The notes beneath the pieces are model-generated. The model was not told the DNA's origin. It saw nothing but the letters and a program-made list of their open reading frames with translations, and searched no databases. A DNA stretch of 63,177 bases, filler included, from Conidiobolus incongruus B7586 (Eukaryota), in NCBI GenBank assembly GCA_000697335.1. It is 5 parts of 5 records of this genome, joined end to end, with 100 filler letters (N's around TTAATTAATTAA, not from the genome) between each part and the next. Parts side by side here need not be neighbours in the genome. Positions count along the whole stretch, not along the records: positions 32,160 to 53,428 come from JNEM01006207.1; 4 more parts are not named here. One strand, written 5' to 3'. The translations under genes were made by a program, and so were the position numbers. Shown here piece by piece: positions 36,525-49,445 of this stretch. The first letter of the stretch is position 1. Every line of letters starts with the position of its first letter.

Positions 36525-39500
36525 AATGAAACTCCTTTTGGTAGTTGATTCCAATTACTATAAGAGCAATATTCTTGGAAGCTGATGTGAATGAGATTGT
36601 GAGATGTTGAGATTGGAAATGAGGTTGAAGAGAGGTGGGTAGCCTGTATTTATATCAGAATAATCGTGTCCAATTCTCAACTAATCATCACTTTTGAATT
36701 AGTAATTTTACTAAATATTATCAAATTCTCAAAATTTGCTCTTAATCTATCTTAATTTAGATATGGCCGAAACAAAAGTAAATCCAAATCATTTGCAATT
36801 TGATTAATATTCTGACTAGTTTAAAGAGAGTGTGATTGGTCAACTCATTAGAAATGTTGAAATTTAGAAAATAAAAATTTCACGGAAGCCTCCTACTGAA
36901 TTAGGCAGTGAAATACGATGGGATTAATGCTAAAACTAGAACTTTCTTTATAAATAAACGCACTCTGATTGGCCAAAGGGTAATCAATCACTTACCTACC
37001 TTGCCCACAATCACCTGACAGCTCTTGATGCGTCAATTCAGGTTGAACCAAGTGGACTATTTCCAACCAGGCTTGATTATCTAATCATTCACAAAACTAG
37101 CTGTGTAACCCTCCAGCCAATTAGACACAATAATTTTCAACTTGAAATTGAATTCATAACGTGGAATAAGAAAGTAAATGATAGAACTAGCCAGTAAATT
37201 TGAGTTATAGGTAATCAAGGTTGTGATTAATAAATTGAATTAAGGGGTAACAGTTTATGTGAAAGAGTCGCCGTATATTGCATCCATTTTCTTTTAATTT
37301 TCAGCAACGGAATTACATTTAAACTACAGTCTAGAATCACTTCCGATAATTATTAAAAAAGAATCAGAAAAACTGAACTTGTCAATTTGTGAATATTATT
37401 AAGTACCATTCCATACCAGTCATAAAATATCCATTACAATGTTTAAAATCCCAATGGATCATATTTTTCAGTTATTGATATTGTATTAATGGAGTAATAT
37501 GGTCAACATTTTCTGTATCTTTGATATTTTTATTTCTTTACTCAACATCTTTGAAAGATTAGCTTTATTACAAGATATACTATACTGAACCAAATATGGG
37601 GTAAATCATATTATATCATAATTGAGGATCTAGATTTTACTATAATATATTATTCATATATTATTAATAAAAGATTTATTTTTACATAACGACACATCAA
37701 TAATTTAAGTTAAATAAGATCTTTTTGTCAAATCAGCTGAGTAAAAGAGTGGCAATAAATATTTCAATTAATTTGCTCAAATTCTCTCTAGACCCAGTTC
37801 TAACTAAATTTACATGCTTAATTGATTAATAAACTCTTTTCAATGCGCCTCATTGATGATTTAATTCTAGAGTGAGTTCTTCTGATAAATTAATTTAAAT
37901 CAAAATATATTATTATAAAACCCTCAAAAAGAAGGGATTTTTAATGAAAACTTTATTCTAAGTTATGAAAAATTGTATTTAATTCCAATCAAGGATAAAA
38001 TAAGTATTTGATTAAGCAAAATAAAATTATATTCTTATAAACTATCGTATATTATAATATATTTTAAACCACCCACTTATCTCTGAGAACTATTAATATT
38101 TTCAATAAATATCATATATTTTGTATAACTTAATAAATTATATTAATGAATGATTATTTCATATTACTTTAAGTAATTTGATATCAAAATAAATTAAAAT
38201 TGAAAATATGTAATTAACCTTATGATTAAAATTATTATACCAAATAAAATAATTGATAATTAGATAATTTTAAACCAAAAGATATTTTAACAAGTATAAT
38301 GATTATATTATAATTAAATTTTTAATATTGATGATAAAATAATCATGAATGTGTAATTTATTTCTATAAATTATTAACCTGTTTCGGTACTCATCATTTT
38401 ACTTTTAATTTGAAAAATACCAAGTTTTATGTGACAATTTAATAATACCATTACAGGAAACCGTTCGGTTACCCCATTTGTTGATTTTCAAATCAATATT
38501 AGTCTTACCAGCTTTTTATTATAAAATGATATCATGATATATTATATATAATATGTTAAATATGAAAAATAGCTCAAAATCATATTAACATTGAATAATT
38601 AATAATAAATTTAAGCAAATATAATATCATTGAATATATACTTTATAAGCTATTACCCCAGAAATTCTAGATTCTTGGACATTATTCCAATTGATGGGTA
38701 AATATATTCCGAAGCCATAAACAATGAAATTATTCAAAATAAACTTTTTAGATGGTAATCTTGATACGTAATCTCCCAATTCAGTAATGTCAATTCATTT
38801 ATTCTATTTGCTGAAAATAAAAAAAGGATACATATATAATATTAATATTGATACTTTTCATAAAATTTTATTGTAATTATATAATGCATTAATAATTTAA
38901 TCATTATGACATAAATATATTTTATTTATATTTGATATTATAATAAATTGCCTGCTTATAAGTATTAATATCAAAAAATTATTATAATGTTAACAATAAG
39001 TTTGATTCAGTTATTTTTTTCAAATATTTAAGAATATTCTTATTATATTAATCGGATGTCACATTAAAGGAGTTGATTAAATTGTATTGAATAAGTATTA
39101 GCAATTTTGGCGCCTAAAAGCAAGCTGTCACAATTGTTCCATTTCACATAATAAATCCAAACATGATTGAACTATGAATGTTTAAAATATAATATTTATA
39201 ATATAGATAATTAATAAAAATATTAATAAATTTAATTATATTTCATATCGGTATAATTGAATAATTTTCAAACTTAAATAGGCTAATTATTAAATTAATC
39301 AAAATTTTTTCAAATTCAATGATCCACATTGCTACTCCATACTTCAAACACTTATTATGTTTTTAAAATAAGTTTTTTAAAACCATGCTAATATTTTCAA
39401 TTTATTATATATGATAAGTAAAGTGAACATGTTATGTAAGAATTATTTTTGAAATATTCTTGATAGTATAAATTAATATTTTATTTAAAGATAAAACTAT

Positions 39501-39816
39501 AAAACGATAAAACTATTGAGTTGGAATATATTTTTAATTAAGTTCTTATCATTAATTATATGAAAATTTAAACATTACCAGAAATATTCAAGTATTTTAC
39601 AAGTCACTAATTTACCATATATGTTAATAAATTTCAGCGAATTTTATTAAAGTATTCATCCGATTTTTATAATTATTATAATCTTGTAAAATTTATATTT
39701 ACTTGTTCTGATTTACCTCTCTCTGTCTTTTTAAGAATTATCTTTCATCTTTTTGATATACTCTGATAGCTTGCGTTTTAACACTTGATCTATAGCATGC
39801 TAAAATATTTGAAACA

Positions 39817-39853
39817 AATAAATAATAAATAATAAATAATAAATAATAAATAA
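39817..39853. repeat. Short AAATAAT-type tandem repeat
   Basis: About five consecutive 7-nt units. Confidence 0.6.
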
Positions 39854-40938
39854 TTATATTTTATTAAATATCAGGTCTATATAAATTCTAATAATCATAT
39901 TAGTTTATATATTTTATATAACAAAATCAAAATATTTCAATATGATTATTAGATCATTCGAATACCTTATGATTAGTGTTTTTTGTATTATAAATGAAAT
40001 CTGGGTAAAAAAATTCTTTTTAGTACTTAGTCTTCTTCTATCAATACATTCCTTTTTTGAATACCAATTTCTCTTTTCATATAATTATTATTTTCTGTGA
40101 ATAATATAATATGACCAAAATTTTTCAATTTTTTTACAATAAATTCTAAATTCATTATTCTTGAAACTGATTGGTTAATCTTATTTATTTATCCAATACT
40201 TTTGATATAAAGAATTAACCAGTTAATATCCTCTTCACAATTAATATATCGGAAAATTTAACCTAAAAAAGGTGAAATTTCCAATATTGAATAAGGTAAT
40301 ATTTATTTTCTTGTATTTAATTAAAGATTTTATTTTTTTAGACCTTATGAAGTCTATTTATCCAACTTATCAATTTTAATTTGAAAATATGCTTAATGAT
40401 AACAGATTATGAATTTATATTAAGCCATTATATCATTGCTTTGTACATTGTAATATATTTCATTCAACACTTTCTCATTAATTATTAGATATGTCGATAA
40501 ATACAAATTTAATAATATCAATCTATTTATATGAAACAGGGGTTGAAACAAACTGGTATGATATATTGAATTTTGCAAAATTATATTGGATATAATATTC
40601 CAAATCAAATTCATATAATTTTATATTCAAAAAAAATGATTATAAGTTTCAAATTATTTTAGATTTATGTCAAAAATTTTAAAATGTATCCTTTATTTAA
40701 TGAATTATTTAATATTAATTAAACATTTATTTAATTAAAATTAGAAAATGATGTAAAAATGCAATGATATTATAAAATAAAAATGATTGAAATGAACGGA
40801 ATTATGAGAAATTGAATGAAATATAAAAAATACTAGACATTGCGAGGTAATAATGGTGAATTGAATACCTGATTCAATGTCATCTAATGGTATATACATA
40901 TATGGTTTCTAAATAGGGCATGTAGTTTACATGTTGCT

Positions 40939-41595
40939 CTAATCCTTCTCCTTTGCAGAATTAGCTGCCATTTGCTTTTTTTCAGATAGTCGAAGGCATC
41001 TCTTACTCACCATATGTCTTTTATATATATCTTGACGTGCGAAGCTCTTGGAGCATGTGTTACAATGATATGGTTTTAATCCTGTATGAAGTTGAAGATG
41101 CCTTCTGAGACTATTTTTTCTACTGAAAGATTGATTGCAAATATGGCATTTCAGAGGAGGCTGTGGAGCTGTTTTTTGTTGAGGCATGGGAGGATATGAT
41201 CGGGTGCGAGAGTTGGAAAAGTTCATAGAGAACAGAATGGAGCTATTAGCAGCTTTGGATCGTGTGAATAAAGGCTCAAAATAAGGGAGATTCCATAGCG
41301 GAGGGTTTTCTATGACGGGAGGATAATAGGCTGGGAAGAATGTCTCAGTTAAGGAGGGATCAATAGAAGGGGACTTTAATATAGAAGACGAAGATGAGTC
41401 GCAGGGAGGAATCAGCTCGAGTGGGAGGTTTGGTGGGAGACTTGGGTTTGAAAAATCCATCATCATTGAGTTATGTGCAAAAGGTTCCATTGTAGCAGGA
41501 GAAGGGGGTGGGATGGCCAATGGAGCTGTGTAAGCAGAATTGAAGTCTGCTAACATTAGATTATTCAAAGTCTGGTCTACGTTGGGAAATATCAT
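40939..41595 (-). CDS. Two-finger C2H2 zinc-finger transcription factor, 218 aa
   Basis: CHICNQSFSRKNSLRRHLQLH-TGLKPY-HCNTCSKSFARQDIYKRHMVSKRC. Confidence 0.9.
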   Translation of the reverse strand: MIFPNVDQTLNNLMLADFNSAYTAPLAIPPPSPATMEPFAHNSMMMDFSNPSLPPNLPLELIPPCDSSSSSILKSPSIDPSLTETFFPAYYPPVIENPPLWNLPYFEPLFTRSKAANSSILFSMNFSNSRTRSYPPMPQQKTAPQPPLKCHICNQSFSRKNSLRRHLQLHTGLKPYHCNTCSKSFARQDIYKRHMVSKRCLRLSEKKQMAANSAKEKD

Positions 41596-43610
41596 GATGG
41601 ATTATTGGGGTGTAATTTGATCAAAAGCATGTTTATATAGCAGAACGCGATGAGTTTCAAAAGGGCAAGAGCGATCCTTCTGAAGTTTTTAGCTAAGCCA
41701 AATATAACGCTCTGAAATGTTAAAGAATTTAACCACTATCATAACTCGCTCAAAATCGATTTGAAACAAATATTTAGCTATATTAAACTAATGCTCAGGC
41801 TTTTCCAGACTATTTTCTTAGTCGTTGCCAGCCTAACATTCTATCAAAATGGATAGAATTAAATGGTTTATACTATATGAGGTTAACTGATTATTTCATT
41901 ATTAATCAATTATTAATCATCAACCGTTCAAATAGCCCATTTGGATTGTTTTGTATTTATTATGGTAAAATCTTTTTATCACTATCTAATTAAAAGAATG
42001 ATTTAAAAATAAATTAAAGCTTATTGGTCAATTTGGATGCTTATAAATATACAATTTCAGTACTTGATTAAACATCATAATATACTAAAATTGATTCACT
42101 AATCTACATATATTACAATAAAAATCAAGTTATTAATATTCGAATTGTAATTAAATTATTTTATACTTTGAAATATTTTATATTGTTAATAGCGAATATA
42201 AAAATAAGTTGGAGAGTATATAACAATTTTATTCAATTAATATTGGATTATATTTTATATTTACAAAATCATAAATTTATTACCATTAATATATTATTTT
42301 TCATGAAGAATAATTCTATGAAATAATAATAATCTAAAAGAATTTAATATCCATTTTGATCAATATAGTTATATTATCAATTTTCGCCACATACTAATTG
42401 TATTTGAATTATCTCAGTAATACTAAAAAGTACATTCGAAAACTATTATTCTTTATAAATACAAATGCTGTTATAGATTATTATGAATAGATATAGGTTA
42501 CTAGAATTTCAATATTATCAGAAACTCTATCAACAATATAATTCAATGAATTAAAATGAATATTTAAAGTGTAATTTATTTTTTAAATGATTTATCTATA
42601 CAATTAATATATATATATATATATATGATAAATATTATTAAGATATAACCTAATTAATTCTAAATGATATATTTTTGATACTGATTAATAATCAAGATTT
42701 ATTATATATTAAATACTAAATAAGAATTAATATTTAGATATTGGTTATAAAGTAATAGAATCATCTTTTTTATATATTTTATATATTCAAAAGAATTATA
42801 TTTTCAATTAAATTATCTAAAATATTTTAGTTATATTTTATTAAATTATGTTATACTATAATTTCATAAGTATAAAGTTCATTTTATCCATACTTAATTT
42901 AATATAATCATTAAAAATCAAATAATAGTCTTATTTAAATCTTAATTAAAATCAATGAAATTAATCTCAATTACATATTTATTTCAAGTATCTAAATAAT
43001 TGAAAATTATTATTTATAATTAATATTCTATTTTTGATATAAAATTAATATTTATATAATTTTCATCTAATTAATTAATAAAAGGAAATAACTAAAAATT
43101 ATTCTAATATTAAATATAATATGTATATTTTATTAATTTAACAAAAATCTATGAAGGAATAATTTAATCAAATACAATAACAATATCATGCTACATATAT
43201 TAAGTTTTTATACTAATATAATTGAAAAATTTAATTAAATCATATAAATCATAATATTTTGATAAATAGTCATTTAAATTTTATAAATATTTTATAATAT
43301 TAAAAAATAAATTTTTTTTATAAATAAAATTAATAATAAAAATTAAATTATTTCATAATTTAATAATAATAAATGTTAAAAGTTATATTAAATTTAAATA
43401 ACTTTTATTAATTGATATATATATATATATATATCAGACAAAAATTAATTAATTTATTATATAATATAATTTATAATAATTACATTAACTTTTTGGAATG
43501 TATTAATAGTATTAATCTTAAAAATATTAAAATTTATAATTAATTATAAAGAATTAATATGGTAATAATTTAATTAAAATATAATTTTAATAATTGAAAT
43601 TTAATTACGA

Positions 43611-45739
43611 TTAAAAGAATTTTTTGAAAAATCCTCCTAATCCACTTGAAGATTGAGCATTATTCACTCTATTATTAAGTCGATCTTCTAATGAGAATTC
43701 TGAAGAATCGGTATACTGGTAGGCAACATCAAATAAAGTGGGTTTAGCAGGGATAGGTTTACAAGAGGGAGGTAAACGAACCAATGGAGGCTGAATTCGA
43801 GTTTGGGAATTTTCACCACTGGAGATTAATTGATACTGTGGTAACTGATGTAAATTTTCAATTGTAGAAGCCTAAATTATACATTTAGTATATAATGATG
43901 GATAAATCATCAATGATGAATGCTATTGACTAACCTTAATAGAAGCTCTTAATGAGAGATTCTCAAGATCTTCTAAAATTTTTCCTTCATCTTTACTTTG
44001 TAACAAAGAGTAGTTGGCCAAAATTTGAAGTAACTCAAACTGAGTGGATTTTTGCAATTGTTCTACACCATTCATATTGATTATATAATCTAAAGGGCTA
44101 TCAATCGAAATGCCATAAGATTGCAAAGAGGATAATGTAGATTTAACGTTTTCCAAAATTGTCTCCACTTCCTTGAAGATGTTATAGGCCAAAGATAATT
44201 TTCCTTCAAATTTCTTGATGTATCCATGTCCATAGAAGTATAAAGCACGCAAGTAATCAGTCTGACCTTGGATCCAAGCTTCCATGTTTGAATCTTGCTG
44301 ATACTCACTCAAATTAGAGATATTATCCAATTGGTTTTTAACTAATTTGATAGTGGACAAGAATTTTTGATAGTCACCATTATATGAAAATTTAGCAGAT
44401 TGCTCCTGACTCTCGCTCTCTAAAAGGATGTGGTTGGTCAAGAGCAAGACGTTGGCCTGGCTAATAAATAAACGACTTTGAACCATGTCGAAGAGCTGGC
44501 GGAATTCTCTAGGAACTTGTGTGCTTCCAGTGATGTTAGTGTAACCACTTTGCTGAAATGAAGTAATATTTGATTGTGCAAGCTGACTGGCAGTAGCAAG
44601 CTGGGATACTAATTTTTGAGCCTTAGAAAGATCCTTAGGACGGTGGCTAAACTCAGCTTGAATAAAGTTCAAAATCTTACACAAGGCAAAGTTAGAAACG
44701 AATAGAGTATTTCCCCACCAGCTGAAAGTTTGATTTAATCCACTTTCATTTGATTCAACAAGAGTATCAATAGTCTAAACAATCAAATATTAATTAATAT
44801 TAGTAAGCGATGAAATTAAAATATTTACTTTAGCTTGCTGATCAAGTTCTTGAATTTGGTCAAACGCTTGATTATGATCAGTTTCAAATTTACAAATTTC
44901 CCTCTCTTCTTCGTCTTCAAAACCTTGTTCAATTCTATAAGAGCAGAATCTGATATTGGGATCAATTTCTTTTAACATTGCACGATAAACTTCAGTTTGA
45001 GTAGAAGTAGCAGGGTCTTTAGGAATTAAATTGATATAAGTATCATGAGCATTTTGAAGTTGTTTTAGAGCGCTTTCCCAGCATTGGCGTTCGAAGAGAT
45101 GAAGTCCTAAAGAGGTTAACCAATAGGCCTTAATAGAGTATTAGTAATAGAAAATTGAGATAGATATAATTGAATTTACCTTGGCCTCTTCAAAGCATTG
45201 TTTGTTAATCAATTTGTTTTGTAAAGCTAAAAAACTATATTTTCCCAAAAGAGAAGCATATTTAGTTGTTTTCTTTAATTTTCCAAACATGTGATATCTT
45301 TTTCTGATATCAAAATCAGTTAATGCTTTGATTTCCATACTATAAGCCCAAGTTCTTTCACATTCAAATAAAATTAAATGTAAAAATCTAATAGTAAACG
45401 TTAATAATCTGAGTAAAATAATAAATTAAAATTACGTTACTTGTAATCTTGTAACATAAGGTTAGGTTGATTAGCGAATAAATAGAAAATATTAGATAAT
45501 TGGTCATCTTTTTGTTGAAGACTGCGAATTTTCAATTGTTTTCTCAAATTTCTCACTTTGTTAGTACAAAAAACTCTATAATATAAATTGTTAATATTGA
45601 ATAGAAATATTGGAATAAATAAGTACCTATAGCGTTTAAAATCTTGATTAATAACACCATTACTTTGTCTCGATTGATAGATTAAACTGGAGATATTAAG
45701 CTGGGATTTTGGAAATGGAGTTAAATTGATCTCATCCAT
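43611..45739 (-). CDS. SRP68: Signal recognition particle subunit SRP68, multi-exon (about 6 exons)
   Basis: N-terminal SRQSNGVINQDFKRYR..FCTNKVRNLRKQL, then ECERTWAYSMEIK, EIDPNIRFCSYR, and C-terminal LPPSCKPIPAKPTLFDVAY...GLGGFFKKFF match SRP68 hallmarks. Track ORFs 43923, 44790, 45141 and 45437 are its exons. Confidence 0.88.
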
Positions 45740-48731
45740 ATTTTATATTAAAAGTATTCAAGCTAATATTTATTAATATTATTTTTGGATTATTTGAGTG
45801 ATTTGATTATTTCACTTATGTCATTCCATTTAGTTAAATAAATAAAAATAATTTTATGGGTTTAAAAATTAAAGGTTTAATTAGAATTGAAAATTGATTT
45901 TAATCTCAAATGAATAATTAGATTTTTAAAAATGTCAGTTTCCAAGTTTGTTAATTAAAATTTTAAACAATATTCAATAGTTATTTTAATGATTCTTTAA
46001 TTATATTAATGAAAGGAGTATTCACAAAAATATAATCTTAAATGTATGATTTGTATGTTAACAATGTAATTATTTTAATTGATAATTTTATAATTCCATT
46101 AATTATTATATTAAAATTATTGAGAATATAGTCTAGTAAGTCTATAACGTAAAAAGTATACCAATGAATCAATCATTAAAATCATTGTGATATAATGAAT
46201 ATTACAATTTTCATAATTCTATTTTATACATTTTTCTATTGTATTAAAATGATAAATATTTTAGTGTGAATTGAGTGAAGTGAAATTTGTTGGTAACATT
46301 AAAAATTGGATATTTAATGCAAAATTAAATTGAATTGATTTAAATTTTGTTGAATATTATATATTGAAATTCAGTTCAATTCATAGAATATATATAATAT
46401 AACACCCATATATTAACCAACATCCTCTTAAATAAAATTTTTATTTTCTAATGTTAATAAGTATAAAAAACATTATCCTTTCAAAGTGAAATTATATATC
46501 TAGTATATTTTGATAGAAAAAAATATAAAAGTAAATCTGTTTACAATTGAAAGATTGAAGTTTATTGAGTGAAAATTAGGTCTATTTTTAGGTCAGTTTT
46601 ACTGTAAAATAAAAATCAATAAACTATTATTAATAAATTAAAATTTAATATGTAAATTAATCAAATAATAATCAAAATTAAAATTTTTTATTAAATAAAT
46701 TGTAGAAAAATAAATTTAAAAAAAAGTATAATAATATAATATTAAACAAATGGTACTCTTTGAATAGAACAGCCCATTTTATAATAATGCTTGGAAATTT
46801 TTGAAAATATTTAATCAAATTAGTATGATTTTAGGTATAAAAATGAAAAAAATAGACTGTTCAGGTATATAGAATGATGAGGAAATCAAATTCGACATTA
46901 TATATCTATGATTCAAGATTTGGGATCTCTTTTAGAAAAATAATTTTACAAATTATATTAAGACTCTTATTACAGAGGAAAATTAAGCTCGATATTAAAT
47001 TTCCAAAACATAGCATATTTTAATGTAGATACTAATAATTTATCTTACTTAAACTCAGGATAACTTCAAGTCATAAACAATTTCAGTATTCATTGCATAT
47101 TATTAATGATATAACAAATAAGATGCGAGACTTTGATACAATAATCCATAATATAAGATAATATTACTATAATTTGTAAATATTTTTAATTTATTAAAAA
47201 GGGATTGTTTTTAATAAATATTATAGTTTTACACAGGTATTAATTAACATCTCCTAAAATATTATATCAAAGTTAATGATTTATATTAAAGAATTAATGA
47301 TAATAATAAGTAAACTGTTAAATAATCACATAACATCGGATAATCAAGTTAATTAAAAAATAGCATATTTTTATTATAGATTTATCAAATCTAAGCTTTT
47401 TCCTGATCATTAGTCAATTTAATAGATCAAAATCTAGAATTAAGTAGGAATAAACCCAATATAAACAATTTTAGCTTCAAAAAATATTACTAATTTAATA
47501 TACCTTTAAAATAAAATAGAACCAATGTAAAACATCATTTAACTAAATAAATGTATTAATTTGATACTTTAAAATCAATGTCCACATCTAAATTCATTTA
47601 ATAATAGATGTAAAACCAATGTAAGGGTAATAATTAAACTCATATAACTATCCAACTATCTACTATTATAAAGGAGGTATATATTTTAATCTATTTTGAT
47701 TCTAGATCTTCTGTATATTATATTTCATCACTATGATCATTGTTAATCTATTGATAACCGAGATAATTTTATAATATGTAGTTAAATTAAAATAATCATT
47801 AATTATTAATTTTTATACTATTAGTATTATAATATAATTAAATATAAATTAAGATAATTATTTATAAATTTTGAAATATTATTTTAATTTAATATAAAAA
47901 TCTTATTCTTTAATTAATATATTATAAATAAATAATTTATAATTTATTTTAAATATTAAATTATATTAATATAATTATAATAAAAATATAATTTGTTAAT
48001 TTATATTAAATTGTTATGTCAATATTGAATGATATATAAGTATAGTATCTTTTCAAAAAAACAATACTGTCTCATTCAAAATTCAATTCAGAACATTGAA
48101 ATCTCATATTCACAATCCTTATTGATTCTTTCTCTCGTGACAATATGAATATATTGATATTGAATTTATTGTAATATATTTTCACGTACCATGAATATGG
48201 CTATTTTGAATTATATAATCTAAGATTTTTTTTAATTTGATATGTATTAAAAATTATTATTAAATCTAAAATTAATTTCTATTTATTAGTGAAACAATAT
48301 TTATCTTAACCCTAAATTTTGGTTTAAGTTTTTATAATTTAATAAAAAATTATTAATTGAATTGAGAGAATAATTTTATTTTATTAACATCTGATATTTT
48401 TATCCAATCAAAAATATTTTAAAAAAATTATCAAATTATCTTTCTAATTATTATTATTTTTACTAAAACCACTATTATTTGAAATCAAAGAACTTAATCT
48501 ATTTAATAAAATACCAATTTTGTTTTATATTCAAATTACAATGAATAGGTATACTATGAAAATAAATGTAGATTTTTCAATTTTACAAAGGCATTATATA
48601 ATCAATAACAAAAATTAATGTTGAATTATTTTTATTTGAATTTGATTGATATTAAATAGAATAAATATAAGAACACAATATCAATATATTATACATATAT
48701 ACTTTTTGAAATTAAACTTTGATATAGTAAG

Positions 48732-49445
48732 TTAGTGCGTATTATAAAATGGGGCAGGTCGTTCAACTGAAGGATCTGAGTTAGGATCGTGATGATCTAA
48801 CCAATTGCCGTTTCGGCATCTTTCCTGAACATCGAGGGGTGCGTGACTCAAATTGGCTCCCTCAAATCCCATACGATAGATTGATTCTCTTTCAGTTAAC
48901 CTCTGACATCTTCTACTAGCGCAGTGGCGCTTATAAATGTCTTGGCGAGAGAAGGATCTCTTACACGTTGTGCAAGAATATGGTCTAACTCCGCTATGAA
49001 GCTGGAGATGTCTTCTCAAGCTATTTTTTCTATTAAAGCTTTTAGGGCATAAAGTACATGGGAATGCAAGGGTTGCAGGTGATGAAGGTGATACAGATTG
49101 AGGCGAAGCAGGACTTGAAGCAACTGTTGACTGTGTCAGATTTGAAGTTGATTCTGAAGATGGCCATGTAATATTAGATTGTGAATTTAAAATAGAGGAA
49201 TCGGGAATAATTGGGATCGAATGAGCATTCATCATAGGATGTGATATAGCTGATGAATAATATAAAGGAATTGCATCAAGCGATACAGTTACATTCTGAC
49301 CAGAGTGAGGAAGATGAGGAATTAAATGTTGATAATATATATCAGATTGAGGCGCAGCTGTGAGATGAGGTGAAGATGAGTGAGCAGCAGACATTGGAGC
49401 CCATTGAATAGTTGAGAACTGAGCAAAAGTACAAGGATAACTCAT
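48732..49445 (-). CDS. Two-finger C2H2 zinc-finger transcription factor, 237 aa
   Basis: CTLCPKSFNRKNSLRRHLQLH-SGVRPY-SCTTCKRSFSRQDIYKRHCASRRC. Confidence 0.9.
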   Translation of the reverse strand: MSYPCTFAQFSTIQWAPMSAAHSSSPHLTAAPQSDIYYQHLIPHLPHSGQNVTVSLDAIPLYYSSAISHPMMNAHSIPIIPDSSILNSQSNITWPSSESTSNLTQSTVASSPASPQSVSPSSPATLAFPCTLCPKSFNRKNSLRRHLQLHSGVRPYSCTTCKRSFSRQDIYKRHCASRRCQRLTERESIYRMGFEGANLSHAPLDVQERCRNGNWLDHHDPNSDPSVERPAPFYNTH

